A DNA stretch of 64,000 nucleotides, from NCBI GenBank assembly GCA_035411425.1, contig DAONSX010000004.1, forward strand, positions 16,392 through 80,391, in the 5' to 3' direction. Each line of letters begins with the position of its first letter. Within the stretch, counting starts at the first letter, position 1. This DNA comes from Bacteroidales bacterium. Lineage in GTDB: Bacteria; Bacteroidota; Bacteroidia; Bacteroidales; TTA-H9. The notes under the pieces are model-generated. The model did not search any database. It was not told the DNA's origin and saw nothing but the letters and a program-made list of their open reading frames with translations. Positions 26,971 through 34,655 of this stretch are shown here, in pieces. A program made the position numbers and the translations under genes.

Positions 26971-28356
26971 TTATTTATGCACTCTTTTTAAAAATTGCTC
27001 TATCTCGGGTACGCCACCTTGAAAAACAAGATAGCCATTATAAGGTTCTCGTTCGGTAATTTCATCATTGATAGGAGTAAGCATAAGACGTTTTACTTCT
27101 TCGGGATCGTCGGTTTGACCTAAAACCCAGCTCAGTTTGATGTAAGCAGTTTCGGGTAGCATATTGCCTGCTGGAATGATTCCTTTGGCCATCATATCGC
27201 GTCCAGTATCGTAAACGAACATGTGAACATAGCCCCATATAGTTTGAACGGTCATAAACATGTGAATACCCAATTTATGTGCTCTTTCGATGGCGGGATA
27301 AAGTTCCTTGTTTACATGTCCCAGGCCAGTTCCTACAAATATAATTCCTTTATAGCCCATATCAATGATTCCGTTGAGTATGTCGGGATGCATGCCAGGG
27401 TAGTAATAGAGCATGGTAACCCTTTCGTCATAATAGGGTTTGATAATTACTTGGCGATCTTTTCTACGAGGATTATATTTTTTCTTGATGGGAGTGACGC
27501 CTTTACGTGTAACCATAGCTACGGGAGTGTCGCTAATCGTGCGGAAAGTGGAGCGGTAGCTCGAGTGCATTTTTCTAACTCTGGTTCCACGATGAAGTAA
27601 GCCATATTCATCGCTGGTAGGTCCAAACATACAAACTAGAACTTCGGCTATGTCGCCATGGCCAGCGGCAGTCATGGCATGCATCAAGTTCAATGCGGCA
27701 TCACTGCTTGGTCTGTCGGATGAACGCTGCGAACCAACCAAGATGATTGGTACAGGAGAATTCTGTACCATGAACGAAAGTGCGGCTCCTGTATGTGAAA
27801 GCGTGTCTGTGCCATGCCCTATCACAATGCCATCTACTCCTTTCTCGATTTCTTTTCCTATAGCTATAGCAAGCGCTTTGTATTGGGTAGGGCCCATATT
27901 CTCACTGAATACAGCAAAAAGCTTTTCGGTTTCGAGATTACAAATGTCAGCTAATTCAGGCACAGCTCCGTAAAGTTCACCAGGCGTAAAAGCCGGTATA
28001 ACCGCTCCAGTCCGATAATCGAGCCTTGATGCAATTGTACCGCCAGTACCCAAAAGTTTTACCTTGGGGAGACCAGGTGTAAAAGGGAATTGCTTCTCGG
28101 GTATCTTGTAATTGGCTTTTTTATAACCTATCTCTTTCATTTCGATAATGGTACGAACATCTATCCCAATATTGTAGCCGGTGGCTATCTTTATGACGAT
28201 GTGTAAATCATCGTCGTTTTCTGCTCTGGGTAATACCGTACCCTTGAAATCACCCCGACTGGTTTTTATTTCAGCCTGTCCCCATACTCTAACGTTGAAT
28301 TGCTTCAATATTTCGAGTGCCCTGCCTTTATAGCCCTGAAAAATATCTTCACTCAT
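26971..28356 (-). CDS. gatD: Glu-tRNA(Gln) amidotransferase subunit D (archaeal-type GatD)
   Basis: ~95-aa GatD-specific N-terminal domain, then an asparaginase core: LLGTGGTIASRLDYRTGAV, IGHGTDTLSHTGAALSF, GSQRSSDRPSSDAALNL. Collinear with archaeal GatD as I recall it. Confidence 0.85.
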   Translation of the reverse strand: MSEDIFQGYKGRALEILKQFNVRVWGQAEIKTSRGDFKGTVLPRAENDDDLHIVIKIATGYNIGIDVRTIIEMKEIGYKKANYKIPEKQFPFTPGLPKVKLLGTGGTIASRLDYRTGAVIPAFTPGELYGAVPELADICNLETEKLFAVFSENMGPTQYKALAIAIGKEIEKGVDGIVIGHGTDTLSHTGAALSFMVQNSPVPIILVGSQRSSDRPSSDAALNLMHAMTAAGHGDIAEVLVCMFGPTSDEYGLLHRGTRVRKMHSSYRSTFRTISDTPVAMVTRKGVTPIKKKYNPRRKDRQVIIKPYYDERVTMLYYYPGMHPDILNGIIDMGYKGIIFVGTGLGHVNKELYPAIERAHKLGIHMFMTVQTIWGYVHMFVYDTGRDMMAKGIIPAGNMLPETAYIKLSWVLGQTDDPEEVKRLMLTPINDEITEREPYNGYLVFQGGVPEIEQFLKRVHK

Positions 28357-28537
28357 TGTAAGTAATTAAATTTAGTTGATCCGATTATTATTGACAGCTT
28401 TTCCATTTTTCAATTATTTCAAAAAATAAAAAATCGAATATTATTTTTTTTATTTCTAAATTAGCATTTTTAAACTGTTTATATATATCTTTAATAATCT
28501 TAGAATTTAGCAAAATACATGAATAGTTCTTCATGTT

Positions 28538-30580
28538 TTACTCCTTTTCAGGCAATTGAACAACGGATTCGAGTAAATTTCTCAATTCAAACATGGAAAT
28601 ATTGCCCAAAGCAGTTTCCTGAAGTTGTCCCATGATCCAGTTAATTTTATTTTCAGGTTGAGGGTTGATGGCGATTTCGTCGAATTTTTTCGATAAGAAA
28701 TTTATTTTGGAAAGGAGATCTTCTTTCGATACACGTTTAAATTTAAGAATCGTAAGTACTGAGTCAAAATCCATTCCAGGGTGGTCGTAAACTTCGGGAA
28801 ACATTTTTTGCGCCAGTCTCAAATCGAGATGATTATTCTTCAGGTATTCGAAGAGGTCGTAGATGCGGTCGAATTGGAATGTGGATGACGGACCCTTTTG
28901 TCCCTCGATATATTTGACGGTATGTCCCAGAAAACTTCCTGTAAACCGGGCTGGAACATCAAGCTCGGTATAGATGCGTTCGATGAGAGGATAAAGATTC
29001 TTCTTGAAGATGTAAGTAAATGTATCTTGAGGTACTTTCCATTGAACCAATTGGTTATAACGAACCATGACTTCAGTGGGCAAATCTTTTTGAATTTCTT
29101 CTATATACTCATCGGTCAGAGGTATAGGTGCAGAATCGGTATCGGGGTACATACGGTCGGCGCCGGGTAAAACGCGTTCAAATATAGTAGTACCGTCTTC
29201 GAAGGATTTCCGGGTTTCGGGTGGAACTCCGTCGAATGCCATCCAACAGCGTTCTTCAATAGTTTCCAATGCGGTAGAGATATCATCTTCGGGCCCCCAA
29301 AAAACAATCTGAGCGTCATTTTCTTCAGCTTGCAATATCTGGCAGATTTTGCTCCAGTCTTCTTCATTAATTTCTGGTGTAAAGGACTCAGAATGCGTCA
29401 TATTGGGCTTTTCTATGCAGGCAATTACCTTAAGTCGGTCAGAAATTTCGTTGGCAAAGCAATGCTCTGGTTGAGTGAAATGAGAAAGGATGCCGCGAAA
29501 TTGAGAAAGGTTAACTGCAATAATCCGATAACGATTGTCGCGGGCCAAAATCAAGGCGGGCAAATCGAAATGGAAATCGAAAAAATTCAGACGTTTATAA
29601 GTCATTTTCCAGTTTTCCTTTTGGATACGAGATTGAAGTTTATCTCGAATGCGCAACAATGCCCATTGACGAAAAGATTCATTATGCGTTAATTCTGGAA
29701 TCCAGCGGGTATGCGAAACACCTTTGATTTCTACACGATGACCTCCTCTGCAGCTTACATTTACATCTTCACGTCCCGCGCCACTGCCCGTTCTTACATG
29801 TCCCGTGCTACGGTTGAGAAATCGAATATAATTGCAGGCCTCCATAACTTCATCGGGATTGGTGCAATCGGGATAGGTTACCGTTTCTATCAGGGGCATT
29901 CCCAAACGATCGGTTTTGAAAGTACGAAAATGGCCAATATCGGAAATTTCACGGCAGGCGTCTTCTTCGACACTCAGTTGTATAAGCCTGATTTTCTTGT
30001 GACGTAAAGGAATTTCGCCTTCCACTCCCACAATGGCCGTGCGCTGAAATCCTGTGGGTATGGAACCATCGAGATATTGTTTTCGTGTAATATGTACCTC
30101 GCCAACGATATTTAATTTGGATAGAAGTGAAATTTCGATGGCAATTCTCAGAGCCTGACGGTTCATTGGGAAAGGAGGAGTATCGTCCACCTCATACGTA
30201 CAGGCACTGTCATATTTGATTCGATAAATAATATTTTTTCGCGTTTTGAATTCCATTAAGGCAGTACCATCATATTCACCAAGTTCACTCAAGGTTGGCC
30301 GCATGTGCCGAATCACTTCGGCATCATAATCATCATCGGCATGATAAAGGCCTGCCGGGCAATTGCAGAATAATTTTTTTTCGGTGAACAATTGTTGATG
30401 AACTTCGAGACCCGATTTGAATCCAATGCGATCGTAGTCTTCCTGAGTGGCTTGCTTACGGTTTACATAACCAACCTGTCGACGAGTTTCTTCATAATTG
30501 GCTTTTGCATCGATGGCTGAAAAAGTAAAATGCAGCGTACTTTTGTTATTTTCTTGATTCTGAAAACGTTGTTTTGACAT
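28538..30580 (-). CDS. gatE: Glu-tRNA(Gln) amidotransferase subunit E (archaeal-type GatE)
   Basis: GLEVHQQL, MRPTLSELG, RKQYLDGSIPTGFQRT, DRLGMPLIET, REDVNVSCRGGHRVEIKGV. At 680 aa it is much longer than GatB. The track start at 30604 is TTG inside a -7 box; the ATG is at 30580. Confidence 0.85.
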   Translation of the reverse strand: MSKQRFQNQENNKSTLHFTFSAIDAKANYEETRRQVGYVNRKQATQEDYDRIGFKSGLEVHQQLFTEKKLFCNCPAGLYHADDDYDAEVIRHMRPTLSELGEYDGTALMEFKTRKNIIYRIKYDSACTYEVDDTPPFPMNRQALRIAIEISLLSKLNIVGEVHITRKQYLDGSIPTGFQRTAIVGVEGEIPLRHKKIRLIQLSVEEDACREISDIGHFRTFKTDRLGMPLIETVTYPDCTNPDEVMEACNYIRFLNRSTGHVRTGSGAGREDVNVSCRGGHRVEIKGVSHTRWIPELTHNESFRQWALLRIRDKLQSRIQKENWKMTYKRLNFFDFHFDLPALILARDNRYRIIAVNLSQFRGILSHFTQPEHCFANEISDRLKVIACIEKPNMTHSESFTPEINEEDWSKICQILQAEENDAQIVFWGPEDDISTALETIEERCWMAFDGVPPETRKSFEDGTTIFERVLPGADRMYPDTDSAPIPLTDEYIEEIQKDLPTEVMVRYNQLVQWKVPQDTFTYIFKKNLYPLIERIYTELDVPARFTGSFLGHTVKYIEGQKGPSSTFQFDRIYDLFEYLKNNHLDLRLAQKMFPEVYDHPGMDFDSVLTILKFKRVSKEDLLSKINFLSKKFDEIAINPQPENKINWIMGQLQETALGNISMFELRNLLESVVQLPEKE

Positions 30581-30601
30581 TAGAAAAGACGTTTGAGACT
30601 T

Positions 30602-30609
30602 CAAATGTA
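30602..30609 (-). promoter_or_regulatory. candidate -7 promoter box (TACATTTG) for gatE
   Basis: TAnnTTTG on the minus strand, 21 nt upstream of the ATG at 30580. Confidence 0.45.
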
Positions 30610-30739
30610 GGAATTCTCAATCTGACCACAAGGAATTCGCAATGAAAAGCATGAGAAGCCGATCGAAAACACTCACAGAAAATACATTATGAATTTCATT
30701 TCTTTTACCTTTTCCTCGAGATTTTTTTTGAGCTCTCCT

Positions 30740-30747
30740 TAATTTTG
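30740..30747 (+). promoter_or_regulatory. candidate -7 promoter box (TAATTTTG)
   Basis: TAnnTTTG, 18 nt upstream of the ATG at 30766. It overlaps the TTG that the ORF track used as the start. Confidence 0.45.
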
Positions 30748-30765
30748 CGTATAGAAAGTTCGATC

Positions 30766-31446
30766 ATGAGAAAAGAATCTTTCATTTTTTATGCAATGCT
30801 TTGCGCAGCCATCCTTCTCGCTCGTGTTCCCTGCATCGGACCTTTTTTCAGAGTTATCAATAAGATGGTACACGAAACGGGTCATGCCCTGATAGTGCTT
30901 TTATTCAGTGGCAAAGTCTATAAGATCGAATTATTTGCAGATTTATCGGGAACTACCGTCTCGAGCACAAAGAGTAGGTTTTCACGAATCATTGTGTCGC
31001 TGACAGGATATCTTTTTTCTGTTTTGATGGCATGGGTAATGTTCTATTTATTGTATCATCAGCAGCAAAGGGCTGTAATCATACTTTTTACATCCATGAG
31101 TCTGTTTTGTTTGGTATTTTTTGTCAGGAATATTTATGGAGTAATCTGGTTACTCGCGTTTACTGTTCTTAATATGGCGGCCTTATATTTTCTGTCGTAT
31201 GAGATGATTTACTGGATTGCATTCGTTTTTAGTGTACTTTTGTTGGGTGATGCCTTGGCCTCAGTGTTGTTTCTCCTCTGGCTCAGTATTCGAACGCCTC
31301 GTAAAAGCGGCGATGCCCACAGCCTGAGGCAGCTTACGGGAATTCACGAGGCAGTATGGGCTTTGATCTTTGTGGCATTCGCCTTGTGGATAACTTACGA
31401 CATCATTATCAAATTTTTTCCTGCTTTTCCTTCATTGAAAGTATGA
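30766..31446 (+). CDS. M50B-like integral membrane metallopeptidase
   Basis: HETGHAL zinc motif in the first TM region, several TM helices, and a downstream GDAHSL motif, as in Peptidase_M50B proteins. Confidence 0.7.
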   Translation: MRKESFIFYAMLCAAILLARVPCIGPFFRVINKMVHETGHALIVLLFSGKVYKIELFADLSGTTVSSTKSRFSRIIVSLTGYLFSVLMAWVMFYLLYHQQQRAVIILFTSMSLFCLVFFVRNIYGVIWLLAFTVLNMAALYFLSYEMIYWIAFVFSVLLLGDALASVLFLLWLSIRTPRKSGDAHSLRQLTGIHEAVWALIFVAFALWITYDIIIKFFPAFPSLKV

Positions 31447-31646
31447 TACAGAAAATTCTTACCTTCATCATAGTTATTTCGGCAGTCTTTTGGGTGGTTT
31501 ATCGTTTCTATAGATTTTCTAAACAAAATGTGGGCCCCTGTGGAGGTTGCATTTCAAAAAATTGCAGCTCATGCCCAGCCATTGATTTGAAAGCAGAAGC
31601 CGAACGCCGAAAGAACGCCAAATCGGAAAAATCTGCAGAACGATAA
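31443..31646 (+). CDS. FeoB-associated Cys-rich small membrane protein
   Basis: MIQKILTFIIVISAVFWVVYRFYRF followed by CGGCISKNCSSC, which is the family pattern. The ATG overlaps the M50B stop (ATGA). The track ORF from 31356 is an out-of-context 5' extension. Confidence 0.6.
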   Translation: MIQKILTFIIVISAVFWVVYRFYRFSKQNVGPCGGCISKNCSSCPAIDLKAEAERRKNAKSEKSAER

Positions 31647-31859
31647 AATCGATCTTGCCAGAAATGCGCATAGCATCAAGGGAATTATGTCAATTTTTAT
31701 GATGAAAATGCTCGCTGCTTGGCTTTTCGGCTCGAGAAAAAAGGAAGATCATCGAATGGTTCTGGCTTAGATGAAGATTTATTTCTATTGGAGAAAGTCT
31801 GTGAGCATTTAATCGCCGAACTGACCGAGGTACGTGAGAGTTATCTCTAATTCTTAAGG

Positions 31860-32879
31860 TTATTTTTCACCAATTCGTTGAAGGGCTTCTACTGCCTTTT
31901 GAAAGTTGGGTTGAAGGTTTAGAGCCCTGTGATAATCGGACGAAGCTTTGTTTTTAATGCCAAGTTGTTCATAGCAATATCCACGGTTTAGATATGCTGC
32001 AGCATTTTTCTCGTCGAGTTGAATCACGCGGTCGAACCACGTAAGTGCCGTTTGAAAATCGAGTATATCAGCCATATAAATATAACCAAGGGCAAACATG
32101 GAAGGAGAATAGTTAGGATCGATGGCCAGAACCGATTGATGGGCAGATAGAGCCTTATCGGTTTGTCCTGTATTTTGATAAAGCAGTGCGAGTAAATACA
32201 TCGTATGAATATGGTTGGGTTTGATGCGCAGGGCATTTTTAAAAAATCCCTCAGCCATTTGGGGTTGTTTTTTCCCATAAAGAATTCCTAATTGCACATA
32301 GGCATCAAAAAAATCCTGATCTTGTTCTATGGCTTTCAAATAATTTTTTATGGCGCTCAATGTATCTCCTTTTTCGGCAAACGCCCAGGCTGCCAGATAG
32401 TAAGCCTTTGGATTCAAGGCATTATGCGTAATAGCCTTAGCAGTAAGGGCGAATGTTTGATCGTAATCTTTCAGTACCAGATAGTTTCTGGCTAATCCTA
32501 CCAAAGCATCATTGTATGTAGGATCGCGGTGAAGAGCCTTAGAATAATATTCTTCAGCCTGAATGGGTTTCCCAAGGTTAAGATACACATCACCCAACAA
32601 ACTGTATAGTTTTGGATTCAGAGAATCTTTTTTCATCACTGCATGGAGGTCTTTAAGAGCTTCGCCATATCTTGCATTTTGTATGAACCAGTTAGCTCTT
32701 TCGTAATATGATTCTATATTTTGTGGATTTTTCTTCAAGCGTTCATTTAAACTTTTCAAAGCCATAGGGATTGTATCGGGCTGGTTATCCGATGCTTTCT
32801 CCTTTTTTTGTGTACATGAAATTGAAAAAAGGATTATTATGGAAAGAAAAATTCCTGCAAGGCTTTTCGACGAATTCAT
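31860..32879 (-). CDS. TPR-repeat lipoprotein
   Basis: Signal peptide with lipobox (LFSISC) and 7-8 tandem 34-aa TPR-like units (..A...Y.KAL..DP....A...LG..Y). Confidence 0.8.
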   Translation of the reverse strand: MNSSKSLAGIFLSIIILFSISCTQKKEKASDNQPDTIPMALKSLNERLKKNPQNIESYYERANWFIQNARYGEALKDLHAVMKKDSLNPKLYSLLGDVYLNLGKPIQAEEYYSKALHRDPTYNDALVGLARNYLVLKDYDQTFALTAKAITHNALNPKAYYLAAWAFAEKGDTLSAIKNYLKAIEQDQDFFDAYVQLGILYGKKQPQMAEGFFKNALRIKPNHIHTMYLLALLYQNTGQTDKALSAHQSVLAIDPNYSPSMFALGYIYMADILDFQTALTWFDRVIQLDEKNAAAYLNRGYCYEQLGIKNKASSDYHRALNLQPNFQKAVEALQRIGEK

Positions 32880-32904
32880 AAAGGCAGAATGTGATTTGAA
32901 CCAG

Positions 32905-32912
32905 CAAAATTA
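32905..32912 (-). promoter_or_regulatory. candidate -7 promoter box (TAATTTTG) for the TPR gene
   Basis: TAnnTTTG on the minus strand, 25 nt upstream of the ATG at 32879. Confidence 0.45.
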
Positions 32913-32960
32913 GAGTTTTTGTAACAGGTAATGAAAACATCATTTGGTTATTATTCAATC

Positions 32961-33050
32961 AATGATGAGATTTGAAGGTAGGGAGATTTTGAGACTTGGG
33001 GACTGGGAGACGAGGGGAGGGGGAGATGGTGAGACGGGGAGACTTGGGGG
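32961..33050 (+). repeat. G-rich, C-poor arm of the composite repeat element (copy B, left arm)
   Basis: 5 C in 90 nt; direct repeat GAGACTTGGGG at 32991 and 33039; 14-nt exact match to copy A; seven G3-G5 tracts. Confidence 0.8.
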
Positions 33051-33074
33051 CCGCCAAAGTCGAAAGAACTATAT

Positions 33075-33193
33075 TTTTTCTCGCTGATTGACGCAGATTT
33101 ATATCGCTGATTCATGTTGATATTTTTCTGCGAGCATCTGCGAAGGCTTGTTTCTGCGATATCTGCGATAACATTTTTATTTTTCTCGCTGAT
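33075..33193. repeat. core of short direct-repeat boxes (TCTGCGA x4, TCGCTGAT x3)
   Basis: TCTGCGA at 33127, 33137, 33153 and 33162, with an inverted copy (CGCAGA) at 33092. TCGCTGAT at 33081, 33104 and 33186; the outer two are preceded by TTTTTC. Confidence 0.75.
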
Positions 33194-33393
33194 CCACCCT
33201 CTTTTAACAACTAACAACCACCAATTCCCAAATTACAATCAAATTTCAAATTCTAATCAACAATCACTAATCACCATCCACCAATCCACCTTGCTTCCCA
33301 AGTACCATCTCCAACCACCAACCCCCATCACCATTCTCTATTCTCCTTTCCTCCGTTCTCCCTTCCTTATATTATTAAAATCTCTCTTTTTTT
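33192..33393 (-). repeat. C-rich, G-depleted arm of the composite repeat element (copy B, right arm; reverse complement is homologous to copy A)
   Basis: Only 3 G in 202 nt, with a 101-nt G-free run (33192-33292). The reverse complement aligns with 26761-26875 through several exact 8-13-nt words. Confidence 0.8.
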
Positions 33394-33626
33394 GAAATTT
33401 CTTTTACATTATTAGTGTCTTAGCAAGAAAAAATTAGCACGTAGAGATCAAAGGCCGCAAAAATTTGAACTTGCTTTCTTGGTGTTGTTAGCGTTTTGGA
33501 GTGGAAATTAAAGGATGCGAAGACCAAAAAATAGCAAAGAATTTGATTAGCGTTTCTAAATTAGAACTTTAAATAATATTTGTCGGCAATTAGAGACTCA
33601 AAAGGTCAGAGTTTGGCGAAGGATTT

Positions 33627-34643
33627 TTAAGATATTTTATCAACAAAATTTAAAACCTTGTCAGGATCAATTTTTTCTAAAGTTGGCAGATAGATAATAC
33701 TATGAGGATCACGTCGTGAAAGGCCAATTGAATAAGCCTTATCGTAAAATTGCAGTATCATCAAGCAAGCTTCCTTGAAACGATATTGCAGGATGAGTTG
33801 AGTGATGGTTTGGGTTTGTTGAAGACCGAGTCGTTTTCTAATCTTCCAAACCATAGCGGCCAGTTCTTCTGGATTGGCCTGGCCATATTCTTTGGTGAGC
33901 CTTTCGGCTCTTTGTTCAGAAGGAATATCCAAAAAAATTAAAGGTGAAGCCTGCATTCGGTCAAAGATAGGCTTGGGAATGAAACAACGTCCTATACTTA
34001 TGCTCTCATCTTCCACCCATACAGGAAATTGCGGATTAAATGATGAAAGTTGTTGCCAGATTAGATTTTCAAATTGTTCTGTAGTAGGCTGTGGAGGCTG
34101 CATTAATCCACCAAAAACCGATCCTTTGTGATTAGCCAGCCCTTCAAGATCAAGTACCTGATGATGCATCTCGGCTAATCGAAATAAAAGTTCAGTTTTC
34201 CCACTTCCAGTCATCCCGCCTATTACAATGAATTTCCATGGGAATATGAAAGATTGATGGACATATCGACGAAAGGATTTATATCCTCCGACAAGCAAAA
34301 CGGGATTCAAACCAGCCAATCGAGCAAGGAAAGCGGCTGCTGCGCTACGCATTCCACCACGCCAACAATATATTTTCAATTGACGGTCCAACGAAACCCT
34401 TATCATTTCGTCTATTATTACAGGAAGCCAGTAAGAAGTAAGAGATATACCAATTTTTACTGCAGAAACTCTACCCTGTTGAACAAAGGCAATGCCCACT
34501 TGTTTGCGAACTTCATCGTCGAGCAATGGAATATTAATGGCATCCGGAATATGGCCATGAGTATATTCGCTCGGTGATCGTACATCCACGCAAGGTGCAT
34601 CAATCCTTAAAAAATTCTCAATATTTTTTACCGGGATTTCCAT
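33627..34643 (-). CDS. selU: tRNA 2-selenouridine(34) synthase
   Basis: N-terminal rhodanese domain with active-site CWRGGMRS, then P-loop GGMTGSGKTELL; 338 aa. Confidence 0.85.
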   Translation of the reverse strand: MEIPVKNIENFLRIDAPCVDVRSPSEYTHGHIPDAINIPLLDDEVRKQVGIAFVQQGRVSAVKIGISLTSYWLPVIIDEMIRVSLDRQLKIYCWRGGMRSAAAAFLARLAGLNPVLLVGGYKSFRRYVHQSFIFPWKFIVIGGMTGSGKTELLFRLAEMHHQVLDLEGLANHKGSVFGGLMQPPQPTTEQFENLIWQQLSSFNPQFPVWVEDESISIGRCFIPKPIFDRMQASPLIFLDIPSEQRAERLTKEYGQANPEELAAMVWKIRKRLGLQQTQTITQLILQYRFKEACLMILQFYDKAYSIGLSRRDPHSIIYLPTLEKIDPDKVLNFVDKIS

Positions 34644-34655
34644 CCCCTTAACCTG

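Noticed and set aside
26596-30744. gatDE as cargo of a tRNA-integrated genomic island
   Set aside because: There is no integrase, recombinase or other mobility gene. By eye, I found no direct repeat of the tRNA-Glu 3' end downstream. gatE has a native-style promoter. Horizontal origin remains possible, but a recent island is not supported.
31356-31442. 5' part of the 96-aa ORF 31356..31646
   Set aside because: It lies inside the M50B gene in another frame. The family-typical small protein starts at the ATG at 31443, which overlaps the M50B stop.
32951-33395. 88-aa (minus) and 93-aa (plus) ORFs across the composite repeat
   Set aside because: They are mutually overlapping translations of extremely skewed low-complexity DNA (poly-P/S/L/T strings). 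They are open only because the skew removes stop codons.
26700-33400. Possibility that the repeats are a CRISPR array
   Set aside because: There are no regularly spaced identical 24-48-nt repeats with unique spacers and no cas genes. The units are 7-10-nt degenerate words.
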